Shown here: positions 29,298-39,779 of the stretch, piece after piece | How the letters are laid out: each line of letters begins with the position of its first letter | How positions within the stretch are numbered: position 1 is the first letter of the stretch | Source of the DNA: an uncultured Verrucomicrobiales bacterium | Lineage (GTDB): Bacteria > Verrucomicrobiota > Verrucomicrobiia > Verrucomicrobiales > DEV007 | Assembly (NCBI GenBank): GCA_938091905.1 | Contig: CALKOM010000047.1 | Coordinates: forward strand, 1-56,870 | Direction of reading: 5' to 3' | DNA: 56,870 bases | Notes under the pieces: model-generated | The model's input: the letters and a program-made list of their open reading frames with translations, nothing else | The model's database searches: none | Told to the model about the DNA's origin: nothing | Program-made: the position numbers and the translations under genes

Positions 29298-29549
29298 ATG
29301 AAGCGCCTAGAACGAGACACCGGTAAGAGATGGATTTCCGGCCTGTGCGCAGGACTCGGCAAGACTTATAACATCGACCCTCTTGCGGTACGCCTGTCCG
29401 TATTCTTCATCACTTTCATCACAGGTGTCATGCCCGGCCTGATCACCTACGTATTAGGATGGATTCTCACACCTACCGCAAACCAAGTGACACCTCAACA
29501 CACCACTAAAGAAGAGACTAAGAACCTTAAGTTAAACCAAAGAGACTAA
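29298..29549 (+). CDS. PspC domain-containing protein
   Basis: RLERD...ISGLCAGLG..YNIDP..VR + TM + YVLGWILTP. Confidence 0.85.
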   Translation: MKRLERDTGKRWISGLCAGLGKTYNIDPLAVRLSVFFITFITGVMPGLITYVLGWILTPTANQVTPQHTTKEETKNLKLNQRD

Positions 29550-29567
29550 GAACCTTAAGTTAAACCA
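29512..29567. repeat. Perfect 28-bp tandem duplication
   Basis: AAGAGACTAAGAACCTTAAGTTAAACCA x2. Confidence 0.95.
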
Positions 29568-29618
29568 TCAAGTCTTAGGGATCAGGGAGCACGGACAAGA
29601 TCCGCTGGTATTCATAAG

Positions 29619-30294
29619 TCAACGAGCGCAATAAAGAGACCCAACCCCGCGCACCCTCTCGATCACTTGCGGAGTTACTGGATCGCACTCGATACACTTA
29701 CGGATCTTGGCGATGTGCTGATCCAAGGTGCGCGACTCGGGGTAATAGTCGAGCCCCCAAAAGCGCATCTCGATGCACGGCTTCGCCCACGTGTTCATGC
29801 AGGAGCGGTATAATCGCTACCTCGCGTGGTGAAAGTTCGATCTCACCTTCACCCTCGATCTCGGCCCGCAATTCGTTTAAATAAACCGTTAGATGGGCCA
29901 TGACGAATGCAGGCCGCGTGTTCGCACCCGCCTCTTGTCGCCGCAAGGCGGCGCGAATGCCGGCTAACAGCTCGCGTTTTCCAAACGGCTTTCGGATGAA
30001 ATCGTCCGCGCCCATCTCGAGGCCCACGAGCACATCGACTTCTTCATTCTTCGCGGATAGAAAGAGGATGGGTATCGCGTCGTCACGCTTTCGAATCCTT
30101 CGACAAACTTCGAAGCCATCCATCTGTGGCATCATGATGTCCAAACATACGAGGTAAGGTCGACTACTCTCACAGAGCGACAACGCTTCTTTCCCGTCCT
30201 TGGCTAGCAAGGTGTCGAATCCCTCTGTTTTCAAAAAAGTGTCCATAGCATCCAATGTCACAGCAGCAGCATCTTCAGCCACTAATAACCTCAT
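29619..30294 (-). pseudogene. OmpR-family response regulator, frameshifted in the winged-helix domain
   Basis: Receiver LDIMMP..DGF, GADDFIRKPF; after ~29760 another frame reads WGLDYYPESRTLDQHIAKIRK...VRGVG. Confidence 0.85.
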
Positions 30295-30600
30295 ACCTTC
30301 TCAACTGACGTTGCTGGTAAGCGAAGCTCAAAACAAGCACCACCATACATCGCGATGAACTCCAGCTCACCTCCAAGGCGCTTGGCAAGGCTATGAGCGA
30401 TGCTCAATCCTAACCCTGCGCTACTGGCAGGCTCTGTCAGGCTGGCATCAAGGCGTTGAAACGACTCAAAGATCCTCGCCCTATCTCGTGAACGGATGCC
30501 CGCTCCCTTGTCCGAAACTCGGATATAGCATTGCCCGTCACGCATGCTTGACTGAATCCCTAGCCATTTCCCAATCGCTACATATTTCTCCACATTGGAG
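30291..30600 (-). pseudogene. Sensor histidine kinase remnant (HATPase_c only)
   Basis: SNVEKY N-box, VSDKGAGI, IFESF, GLGLSIA; HisKA and sensor parts absent. Confidence 0.85.
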
Positions 30601-31579
30601 GCTGGGCCTGCCGTTGAAGGGCTCTAGTTCAGGCGAGCCCCAATCTCGAACGTTGAGGTGTGGTGGCAATGGCAAAGTGAGATCAGCTACAAGGCTTCCA
30701 TCCACTTCACGTATGACAAGGCGACTGGTAAAAGGGTCGAGTTCCGATTCCCTAGTGGGAGTCGCGATGAGCTCAACAGCACCCATCTCCTCACCACGCA
30801 GGCGCACGACAATCTCGTAGGGCGCGGGCTCCAGAAACCCTATCGAATGAGCCACACTAGGTCTACTTGAGAAGTTCGAGGGCACATTGTCGGTCTCGGA
30901 AAAGTCGATCGCCTGATTCAAATGAATGACCTGCAGATCAATGACATAGCGATTGCCAACTTTCTCTCCCGTCGTGCTACTGACAATCGATCGCGTCTCA
31001 TGGGAAAGCGCCCATTCAATATTAGCGACATACCCTTGACTCTTACGATCAACGGAAAGGTCGAATAAAGCAATGTCAGGTAAGGGTGGGAGTTTCCTTC
31101 CACATTAAAGCTGACTATCAATATCGTCTAATCGTAGAGGCCATCCACACCACGAATCTCGTCTGACTGAAGCTGAATTTTCGTTCACGCCAGGCTCAAA
31201 GCGCGAAACAAAGAAAGGACGTGCCTCGTCCAGGATACTGACCACCTCAAAAGTGGCCTCCGCCCAGCGCCCTTGGTCTCTGGAATTCAAGTTGGTCAGC
31301 TGGATCCGATACCCAAAGAGCAACTCGCGAGAGGCATCAGCCCATTCCCGCGGTTCAATCTGAAAATTGTCAGATCCAATCATGTCCAAACCCACATCGT
31401 GATCGTCTTGATAAGTCACTTGGAACTCAAGCAGTGCATGAAGCGGATACGTGGCATCGATCCCTGACAGTGTCACCGTCGGCGGAGCAGCGGGCCCGTC
31501 ATCCTCGGCAAGGGACACAGAAACCACGAACCACAAGAAGCAGGGCAGGAACAACGTGAGATAGTAGATAGTATTTCAC
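30601..31579 (-). pseudogene. Fragmented secreted protein gene
   Basis: Signal peptide restored by removing a 7-bp duplication; three consecutive partial ORFs (31105-31554, 30918-31121, 30538-30921). Confidence 0.6.
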
Positions 31580-31824
31580 GGCACTACTGTTCTGGACTCA
31601 TACGCGACAAGAAACGCTTGACTTACCAAGGGCCCCCCGTGGGCGCTCTCTACGGCAAAGGAATCAAACAGCTCAGACAAGCTAAACACCTCCTGAGGAC
31701 CAATTCGCCGCACCACAGCAAGAGCAATCTTCGTTTACAACACGTCACGAAAACTCAAAACTCGTCGTGCTCCAACACCATTCGTTTGCCAAGCTTCAAC
31801 CTGAACACTTTTCACGACCACGCC

Positions 31825-32154
31825 ATGCTTACTCATCACTCCCTCCTCGTGTTCAGTATCTTTCTATTCGGATGCGACGAGCCATTGGAAACTACGCACA
31901 GCTAGGGGCCGTCCAACAGCCAAGAAATCTCCCAGTGGATTGGCAAAACCGTTCGCGTGCAATTCCGTCGAGATGCCTCAGGCGCTGCAGCCAACTTGCC
32001 AATTTCGCCCACGGCGGGTTCCGTCAATGGAGTCTCGACCACAATCGTGGGAACTCTGGCGATTGTTGAATCGGACGCTATCGTGGTAGACGCGGACAAC
32101 AGGCTAAAGTGGGTTCCTCGCGAAGTGATTCTGTTCGTGGAACTAAATCCGTAA
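31825..32154 (+). pseudogene. Small lipoprotein with in-frame TAG (31903-31905)
   Basis: MLTHHSLLVFSIFLFGC..THS*GPS..GKTVRVQFRRDASGAAANLPISP...WVPREVILFVE in a single frame. Confidence 0.7.
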
Positions 32155-32262
32155 GACGTTGCGCACGAGTTCGAATCACAAGATTTCTAACTTAAACACT
32201 AGCTTTCTTATTCGAGGCTTGCTGTTGGCCTGCTTCTCAGAGCATATTTAATCGATTCGCAG

Positions 32263-32760
32263 ATGAATAGATCTTACTCCATCGTCGCTGCCAAAGGCAT
32301 CTCTCTCGGGGACTTTGCAGCGAAACTCGGGCTCAACACCAATTATAGCGACACACGGGAGATGGGAGACCTTGTCCAAGGAGACGAGTTCATCGACACT
32401 CTCTACGCAATTGGGCACCAGAACGACTTCGTCTTTGCGCTGTATCCCGGCTTGGTGGTGGATTCAGAGCCATTCTCTGGTCTCCTCGCGAAAGGGAGAT
32501 TGATCGGACTATTCCAATCAGACTTTGACGCGGGCTCCGCAAGTGTCTCGCTTTTTGAAGGTTCCGACCCCCAGTCCAAATGGGTTGTGCAAGATGGGGA
32601 GCTGGTCGAAGATACTAGTCAACGATTCGGCAACGCCTCTGCCGAGACGCTTTACTTCGAAGACTTGGATATCGAACCTTGGAACGATCTATATCAGTTT
32701 ATCGAAGAACCGCCCGATGAGGTCGAGATGCTCATCGTCCCACAGCCCGCAAGCGCCTAG
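32263..32760 (+). CDS. Hypothetical acidic protein
   Basis: 165-aa ORF with protein-like composition. Confidence 0.6.
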   Translation: MNRSYSIVAAKGISLGDFAAKLGLNTNYSDTREMGDLVQGDEFIDTLYAIGHQNDFVFALYPGLVVDSEPFSGLLAKGRLIGLFQSDFDAGSASVSLFEGSDPQSKWVVQDGELVEDTSQRFGNASAETLYFEDLDIEPWNDLYQFIEEPPDEVEMLIVPQPASA

Positions 32761-32784
32761 CCCCGTAGTCAACGGCAAAAGATT

Positions 32785-33099
32785 ATGGATCAGGAACAAT
32801 CGCCCTCACAAAAGCACCTCGCAGAGCTCAGCCAAATTCGTCGCGAAATCAGGCGAGCCACCACCATCATCGCGGTGACATTGCTTGTCTCCACGCTTAT
32901 CGTTGTCGGCTTCTTTGCACCCCACGGAGAGGTCGTGTGGACATTGATGATCATCGCTGCGTTCCTTTGGGCATTGGTCGTGGGCCTGGGCTCGACTATC
33001 AGGGGAATTTCAGAGAGAAGAATCAATGACAGGATTGACCGAGAGAGAAAGGCAGCCTTGTCGGGTCGAACGAGCAACATGTCGCAAATCAACAAGTAG
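32785..33099 (+). CDS. Hypothetical small membrane protein (2 TM)
   Basis: 104 aa with two hydrophobic helices. Confidence 0.6.
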   Translation: MDQEQSPSQKHLAELSQIRREIRRATTIIAVTLLVSTLIVVGFFAPHGEVVWTLMIIAAFLWALVVGLGSTIRGISERRINDRIDRERKAALSGRTSNMSQINK

Positions 33100-34190
33100 C
33101 GACACGGTCTCTTCCTCGATGAGAATGGAGTTGTCCGTGCTGTCCTGCCGCCATCCACGCTTAGCCTATGGATCCGGCACGTAAGCGGTTCTCCAGCCAC
33201 TCCAGCCATCGGAATATGTTCTCATAGCCCATCAGCCAGGCGCAATAGAACGACACACTGGATCGCCAGCCGCCACCGCAATGGAAGATCACCTCGCGAT
33301 CGAACTGAGAGGGGTATTTCGTGGAGACGATTCCCCTTTCCTTCCGCATGGCCAGAATCTCAGCGGGCAGGCGCAACGTAACATCACGTCTCCTACTATA
33401 GAGATGCGAGCCTTCGTCGGTATCACCAAAGTGGACCGCTCCAGGAATTCGCTCCTTGCGATCGAGATAGTCATAGCCACTCACGCGCTCTGAAAACTCG
33501 GCGGAGCTGCGTACGTCGGCGAGCAACACGTCTGAGCGATTGCCATGATGCTTACGGACATACGATGTGGTGGCTAGCCAATGAGGGCAGGCTCGACCAG
33601 AGCAGGCTTCCGGTCGTGGAATCTGTATTCCTCTCCACCGGATAGCCTGCCGCTTCCCACGTGTCAACACCGCCGTCAAGGAGTCGAACATCCGCTACCC
33701 CAGCATACTTAAGAATCCACCAGACGCGTGGTGCTGCGATGAGCTTCTTTCCATAGACGACGGTTGTTTCTGGGGTGATTCCAAATCTACCAATTGCCTG
33801 ATGCAACTCAGGCAAATCTCTGAGCCGCCACATCGGATAACTGATCTCAAACACATCCGTGTTGCAATGAATCGCGCCGGGGATGTGTCCACGTAGGTAG
33901 TCCTTCGCCTCTTCGGTCTTCGCCCAACTTGCTTCAAGAATCGCAAAGCGCTTGTTTACATAGGAGACCGGACGTCGGGATTAAAAGTTAGAGTCATGAT
34001 AGTCGTGCGGCGACTTCACCCAGTGTATTGACACCAGTCCATTAGCATTCCGCACGCCGAGCACTGGACAGTCTACCTGTGTTCTCGGCTAGATGTGAAC
34101 ACAACCATGACGCATGAACAGCACCCATAATCCTCCGGCGACAACGAACACATGACTTCACAATGCAGAACTGAAAGGTTAGAATAGCAT
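33100..34190 (-). pseudogene. Multi-domain rhodanese / thiosulfate sulfurtransferase (YnjE-like), multiple stops and frameshifts; ends approximate
   Basis: DYLRGHIPGAIH, RVWWILKYAGVADVRLLDGG, RIPGAVH, FHCGGGWRSS and SDGWSGW lie in different frames. Confidence 0.85.
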
Positions 34191-34351
34191 GTTGGGCCGC
34201 GAGATTACATGGCTGCAGTAATCGCGCCTACTTTGCAATATTAGAGCAACCCAGAGTGACTAAAGGGTTGCAGGACCGGGTCCAGCGAAACGACACTAAT
34301 TAACCAACATTAATATACCAAAGACTCTGTTTCCATCAACTCCGACCATGA

Positions 34352-35053
34352 TCAAACAGATCGCGTGATCCCGCCGTCAACCCGGAGATTCTGCCCAGTG
34401 ATGTAGCCGGCACCCTCGGATGCGAGGAAGGCAATGACATCAGAGATCTCATTGATAGTACCATAGCGCTGCATTGGGATCCGCTCTCGGAAGTGCTCTT
34501 TCTCGGGCAAGCTGTCGATGAATCCAGGCAGCACATTGTTCATTCGGATATTCTCTGAGGCGTACTTGTCGGCATAAAGCTTTGTATACGCCGCAAGTCC
34601 TGCTCGAAACACACCGGACGTTGGAAACGTGGGATCAGGTTCAAAGGCAGCAAAGCTCGAGATATTAATGATAGATCCAAAGCCTTGGGCCTGCATGATC
34701 GGCGTGATCAATCGAGTTGGGCGAATGACATTGAGAAGGTAGACTTCCATTCCCAAATGCCAATCCTCATCCGTGAGGTCTAAAACCGGTCCCTTAGGGC
34801 CATGGCCTGCGCTATTGACGAGCACATCAATGCGCCCCCATTTCTCAACAACCAATTCGACCAAGCGTTCCAGGTCTTCATTCGATTGGTTTGACCCAGT
34901 CACACCAACCCCCTCCAACTCCTCGGCCAGAGCTTCACCTTTGCCTGACGACGACAAGACTGCAACGCGATAGCCTTCAGCAGCTAGCTTGCGGGCCGCG
35001 CCCGCGCCCATGCCACTTCCGCCAGCAGTAATGATTGCGACTCTATCTGACAT
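34352..35053 (-). CDS. SDR family oxidoreductase
   Basis: TAGGSGMG, IDVLVNSAG, NISS, NNVLPG, YITGQNLRVDGG. Confidence 0.93.
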   Translation of the reverse strand: MSDRVAIITAGGSGMGAGAARKLAAEGYRVAVLSSSGKGEALAEELEGVGVTGSNQSNEDLERLVELVVEKWGRIDVLVNSAGHGPKGPVLDLTDEDWHLGMEVYLLNVIRPTRLITPIMQAQGFGSIINISSFAAFEPDPTFPTSGVFRAGLAAYTKLYADKYASENIRMNNVLPGFIDSLPEKEHFRERIPMQRYGTINEISDVIAFLASEGAGYITGQNLRVDGGITRSV

Positions 35054-35084
35054 ACACCTATGTTGTTGAATCTAAGCCAATCCG

Positions 35085-38000
35085 TTAGGGTGTGATACGA
35101 AGTCGGTAGAACCCAGCTTCACCACTCGCGCGAGCAGCCTCGGTGTCATCTACCGTGCCATTGGCCACTCCACTGGCAATCATTTCCCAACTGTCGGCTC
35201 GCAAGTCAGGAGCGTATTGCACGTCTACATTACCAGTCGCGGGCGACGTCCACGTGATGCGGAAACCACCGTCGATTTGGACAATGGATGATATTTCAAT
35301 ACTAGGATCGATCGAATCGACCGGCCCACCAGCCCCAACAAAGATACGGTCGGCAAAGAAAGCCAGCCCCGAATCGGCATCGATCGTTCCCGTCTCGAAA
35401 TCAACTGCTGTCAGCACATTGTTAGCCCCATCTCCTGCCAGAGAATCGCTGGCCACACCGAAGGCAGCAGCATTCGTTCCCGACCAGTCGCCTCCAATGT
35501 CCATGTCCACACTCCCTACAGAAACACCATCAAGGAAGAGGGCAATCGTCTGGCTGCCCGAGGTATTCTGGACATCGTACGACCAGATGACTTCGATTGA
35601 GCCTGCATCAAGCTGATCTTGAGTGAGCGTGTGTTCGACAACCGCAAGTGAAAGGCCATTATTTCCATTCGCACGGTAAACGAGATTGTTTGGAGCTTCA
35701 TACACCACGCTATGACCAATCGTCGCACCGCCGGTCTCAAAGATTAGTTCGCGCTCTCCTTCTGGCTTCGCTTCAAAGTCGACGAAGACTCGGAATGCGG
35801 CGTCTCTTAGATCAGCACCTTCCGCAATCGAGTCGAATGTCGGGAGTGTCTCCAAGATCGTCCACGTCTCCGTGGGCTCGCCCAGTGGATCTGCGGGGAG
35901 ATCGGTCGCGTCTTGGGGATCCGATCCCTGCGCAACCTCGAAGCTATCCGAGAAGCCATCACCATCAGTATCAGCCTTGCTCGGATCGCTCATGGGATCT
36001 CCAGTAACTTCCTCAAGGTCAGAACGCCCATCGCCATCGGTGTCCGCCAGCAAGGGACTACTCGGAGTGGCTCCTTCAACCTCATCTCGGTCGGAGAGCC
36101 CATCATCATCGGTATCACTCTTGTTAGGGTCACTGCCAACAACATTCACTTCTTGACCATCGGCCAGCCCATCATCGTCGGAGTCGGCCTTGGAAGGATC
36201 CGATCCTGCGGCAAACTCCTGGGCTGCGGTCAGGCCGTCTTCATCGGAATCTCCAGCAGCATCTTCACTGAGATCACCAACCGTCTCCGTTTCCCAGCGA
36301 TCTAACAACCCATCATTATCGGAATCCCCCGTGTCGCCGACCACAGCAAGTATCCCTTCTCCAAACACCTGATCCTCAGCAAAACCAACGTCATTCACCA
36401 GCCTATCCGCACTATAATCACCATCAGGCAGGCTCAACAACTCCTCCGCTTCATCGTCAGGTGAGACGGCGCGAACGTGCTTGACGACCAACGCCTTCTC
36501 CAAGCCGAGCGCAAAGTCACCGCCAACGAAGACAAGCTCATGCGCAGGCAAATTCACATTGTAGCTCGCACTCAGACCGCCTTGACGAATGGTAATATTG
36601 CCAGTTCCAAGAGAGCCCGGCGCCACGCCCTCCAAAGAGCCACCTTCTATCGCCCAATCTGCCTGGTAATCACTACCGGGCCCAGTCAGTCGCAAAGTCG
36701 CTTCATTCAACGTTTCCGCATCGGTTAGCAGCCGCATCGACCCAATTCCGGAGATCTTGCTCCCAAGATTAAAGATCGCCCCTTCGACTCGCTGATCGAT
36801 CCTAAGGTCTCCTTCCAACATCAACTCACCGCTCAATCCAGATGCCATGGTCGACACGACAATGCTCGCGTCATCACGCACGATGAGTTGCGGGATCGAC
36901 GCCACTCCGTCATGACGTAGATTCAACGTCGAACCACCAGCCAAGACGACGCTGCCGCCTTGGAACTCAGGGCCATTTGTCGCGGGCGTAGGCAACGTCG
37001 CCGAAAGGCTGCCAACAATCACATACTGCTTGTCAGCTGACGGCGCCTGGCCATCCGCCCAAATGTCGGGGCTATTCCAGTCTTCACCCCCAGCCGGGGC
37101 TCTCGTCAAGAGGATGGCATTTGCCGGTGGCGCGCTGTCTGCAGACGTCGGGTCCGTCTTTAACGCGAGTTCGACGTCGTCACGGAATCCATCGACATCC
37201 GTATCCGGCAAACCGGGCGCCGTGCCAAGCTCATTGACCTCGCGACCATCGCTCAATCCATCACCGTCACTATCTATTGCGATAGGATTACTGTTATAGG
37301 TATTCACTTCCTCGCCATCAAGCAACCCATCCTCGTCGCTATCCGCGGTATTTGGCAATGCGCCGGAATTGAATTCGCCGAGATTCGTCAGGCCATCATT
37401 GTCCGTATCCTGATTAGGAGATGCGTTTGTATTGCCAAAGAAGCGAACTTCCCAGAAGTCTAACAGCCCATCATTGTCAGCATCATCATCTCCTTCCACC
37501 GCAAGTTTCTTGAAAGCCTGCTCAATTTCCGCGGTTTCAAGAACACGATCATAGACCTTGAGCACAGAGATCTCGCCAGTAAACTGGGTCGCACCCTCTG
37601 GCTCTATACCTCCTGAGCCACCCAAGGCTCCCGCGATGCCTGCGTTGAAATTACTATGACTAAACAACGTCGCCCTTCCCACGGCAGAACCGATGGCTCC
37701 AGATCCCATGACACTGCCCTGGCCACCGCCGGCACCGCGCACCGCCAGTGTTGCCGTGCCACTGGTGCTGTTCAGGGTCACCATGATCTGTAGATAGTCT
37801 TGCTCGAAATTGATCTGAAGCAGAGAAACCGCGATATCGATGGTGCGAGCCCCACCTTGGCTATGAATCAAGCGCACTTTATCCGAGGTGATCAGGACCC
37901 CAGTGCCAGCCCCACTACCACCCGTTTCAAAGACGATCTGATTCTCTGTGTCTGAGGCAAATTCACCGGCACGGACCCACAGCTCGTAGCTCACATTAGC

Positions 38001-39509
38001 ATCAGGATATCCGTTTCCATTGTCACAGCCCGTATTGGCATTGAACTCTACCATTCGGTGGGCCTTGACGATGGTCGCCCGCTCGCTCGTGACCTCAGCA
38101 AGTTCGCCATTCTTCACGTCCCAGTTGCTCGTTCCAGCCGCGTCCTTGAGCGCGCCGTCCGTTTGATTGTCAGCGCCGGCTTCGTAGAGATGGATGATCG
38201 CCGCTTCAAGCGCATTCACAGTGACCGAAAGATCCCGGCTCGTGGATCCATTCGCATTGGTCGCGGTCAGTTTGTAAGACGTCGTCTCCGTAGGGCTCAC
38301 GACCACTTGCCCAGCAGAATCGACCGCCCCTTGGCCAGGTTCGATCTTCACCGTTTCAGCACCGGCAACGTCCCACCGCAACGTGACTTCTTCTCCTGGA
38401 GCAACCAGTTCAGGAGTTGCCGTCAAACTCTGCACGAGAGGCACGGAATCCACCACTACCGTGAGGGACTGGGTGGCAATGATTCCATTTAAATCGACGG
38501 TCATCAGATAGTCGGTCGTCTCAGTAGGCGACACGACGACGCTACCGTCATTATTCTTCGTCTGTGACGTGACATCGCCCACGCCCTGATCAATCGTAAT
38601 CCTAGAAAACTTATCCACTGTCCAACTCAAGGTCGCGTCGTCTCCAGAGGAGATGACAACTGGGCTTGACGTAAACGCCTCGATCTGTGGGCGCGCATCC
38701 AGCGACGTTAACGTGACTGTCAGAGTATCACTGCTTCCGGAGCCATAGTTGATATCGAAGGCATAACCCTGCGCATTCACAAAAGATGTGCCTTGCGCAA
38801 ATTGACCATCCAATCGCGTGTAGTCCATCAACAGCCACGAGTCTCCCACAGCAAAGTTGCCCTCCAGCGTGATCTTCAGGGTGGCTTGATTATCAATGTC
38901 CACCTGAAGCCCATTCGTATTCGAACGCTTAAGCGAGCCAACCTGATCTCCATTGATGACATAGGACAAGATTCCGTTTGGTCCAATCACACTCGGCGGA
39001 CTGGCTTGATTAAATTTCGCATTGATGCCAGTGGGCTGCATTTCAAGCGTGCCGTTGAGCAACTCGAAGAACTTGTAGTTAAGAAGTTCTCCAGCCACTG
39101 ACACAAAGCCGACGCCGCCTTCATCGTCCCCAATGCGCACGTTCATCCCACCGCCTTGAGACCGGAAAGCCGCACCGTCCTCAATGATCAACGTGCCATC
39201 GCCTCCCGCACCAACGCCTACGAAGATACCACTACCCCCCCCGTGCGCACCACTCAAGGTTCCACCAGCCACGGTCAGATTACCCGTGGTACTGGTACCA
39301 ATTTCAAACCGACCTGGTGCCAACGAATTCTGGGAGGCAATATCCTCCGAAATCACCGCGTCACCATTAATCACCGCTATGTCACCGTCACCTGGGATGG
39401 CGACATCCCATCGGTCTTCATCACTCCAATTCCCCTCTCCCGTGAAGATTAGTTGGCCATGCACGGCCAGGGGCAACAGAAGGAGAAAGCAGATCGAAAG
39501 GAGCTTCAT
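35085..39509 (-). CDS. Large secreted/surface protein with Ig-like, LamG-like and Ca-binding DxDxDG repeat regions
   Basis: Signal peptide; VSPTETT Ig repeats; YELWVR...VYDRVL LamG-like segment; many D(T/S)DxDG(L/F)xD repeats; C-terminal WTS..VQ..DL..W..FYRL. Confidence 0.85.
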   Translation of the reverse strand: MKLLSICFLLLLPLAVHGQLIFTGEGNWSDEDRWDVAIPGDGDIAVINGDAVISEDIASQNSLAPGRFEIGTSTTGNLTVAGGTLSGAHGGGSGIFVGVGAGGDGTLIIEDGAAFRSQGGGMNVRIGDDEGGVGFVSVAGELLNYKFFELLNGTLEMQPTGINAKFNQASPPSVIGPNGILSYVINGDQVGSLKRSNTNGLQVDIDNQATLKITLEGNFAVGDSWLLMDYTRLDGQFAQGTSFVNAQGYAFDINYGSGSSDTLTVTLTSLDARPQIEAFTSSPVVISSGDDATLSWTVDKFSRITIDQGVGDVTSQTKNNDGSVVVSPTETTDYLMTVDLNGIIATQSLTVVVDSVPLVQSLTATPELVAPGEEVTLRWDVAGAETVKIEPGQGAVDSAGQVVVSPTETTSYKLTATNANGSTSRDLSVTVNALEAAIIHLYEAGADNQTDGALKDAAGTSNWDVKNGELAEVTSERATIVKAHRMVEFNANTGCDNGNGYPDANVSYELWVRAGEFASDTENQIVFETGGSGAGTGVLITSDKVRLIHSQGGARTIDIAVSLLQINFEQDYLQIMVTLNSTSGTATLAVRGAGGGQGSVMGSGAIGSAVGRATLFSHSNFNAGIAGALGGSGGIEPEGATQFTGEISVLKVYDRVLETAEIEQAFKKLAVEGDDDADNDGLLDFWEVRFFGNTNASPNQDTDNDGLTNLGEFNSGALPNTADSDEDGLLDGEEVNTYNSNPIAIDSDGDGLSDGREVNELGTAPGLPDTDVDGFRDDVELALKTDPTSADSAPPANAILLTRAPAGGEDWNSPDIWADGQAPSADKQYVIVGSLSATLPTPATNGPEFQGGSVVLAGGSTLNLRHDGVASIPQLIVRDDASIVVSTMASGLSGELMLEGDLRIDQRVEGAIFNLGSKISGIGSMRLLTDAETLNEATLRLTGPGSDYQADWAIEGGSLEGVAPGSLGTGNITIRQGGLSASYNVNLPAHELVFVGGDFALGLEKALVVKHVRAVSPDDEAEELLSLPDGDYSADRLVNDVGFAEDQVFGEGILAVVGDTGDSDNDGLLDRWETETVGDLSEDAAGDSDEDGLTAAQEFAAGSDPSKADSDDDGLADGQEVNVVGSDPNKSDTDDDGLSDRDEVEGATPSSPLLADTDGDGRSDLEEVTGDPMSDPSKADTDGDGFSDSFEVAQGSDPQDATDLPADPLGEPTETWTILETLPTFDSIAEGADLRDAAFRVFVDFEAKPEGERELIFETGGATIGHSVVYEAPNNLVYRANGNNGLSLAVVEHTLTQDQLDAGSIEVIWSYDVQNTSGSQTIALFLDGVSVGSVDMDIGGDWSGTNAAAFGVASDSLAGDGANNVLTAVDFETGTIDADSGLAFFADRIFVGAGGPVDSIDPSIEISSIVQIDGGFRITWTSPATGNVDVQYAPDLRADSWEMIASGVANGTVDDTEAARASGEAGFYRLRITP

Positions 39510-39779
39510 GACTAAATGAGGATTAGGTTACCTTTTTCTACAAGAAGCGATGATCGGTGTCCAGTAACCTTGCCCTAGAAGTAGAACGCAGCATTGCGCT
39601 CTCTTTTCATAGACAATTCAAAGAGGGTTCGCAGAGCCTTGCTAGCTTTCTAACATGCCCTACGCCACCTCCCGTCTGCTCCTTGCTGGCATCGCTCTCG
39701 TCTTGGCCTAGCAACATACTATCAATAACACACTTGCGCACGTCCTGCTATTAGCCGCGGGCAGGTAGCTATCACTGGC

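Noticed and set aside
29512..29567. CRISPR-like 28-bp repeat
   Set aside because: Only two directly adjacent copies, no spacer, no cas genes
35860..37500. Quasi-periodic DNA repeats
   Set aside because: Explained by protein-level DxDxDG calcium-binding repeats
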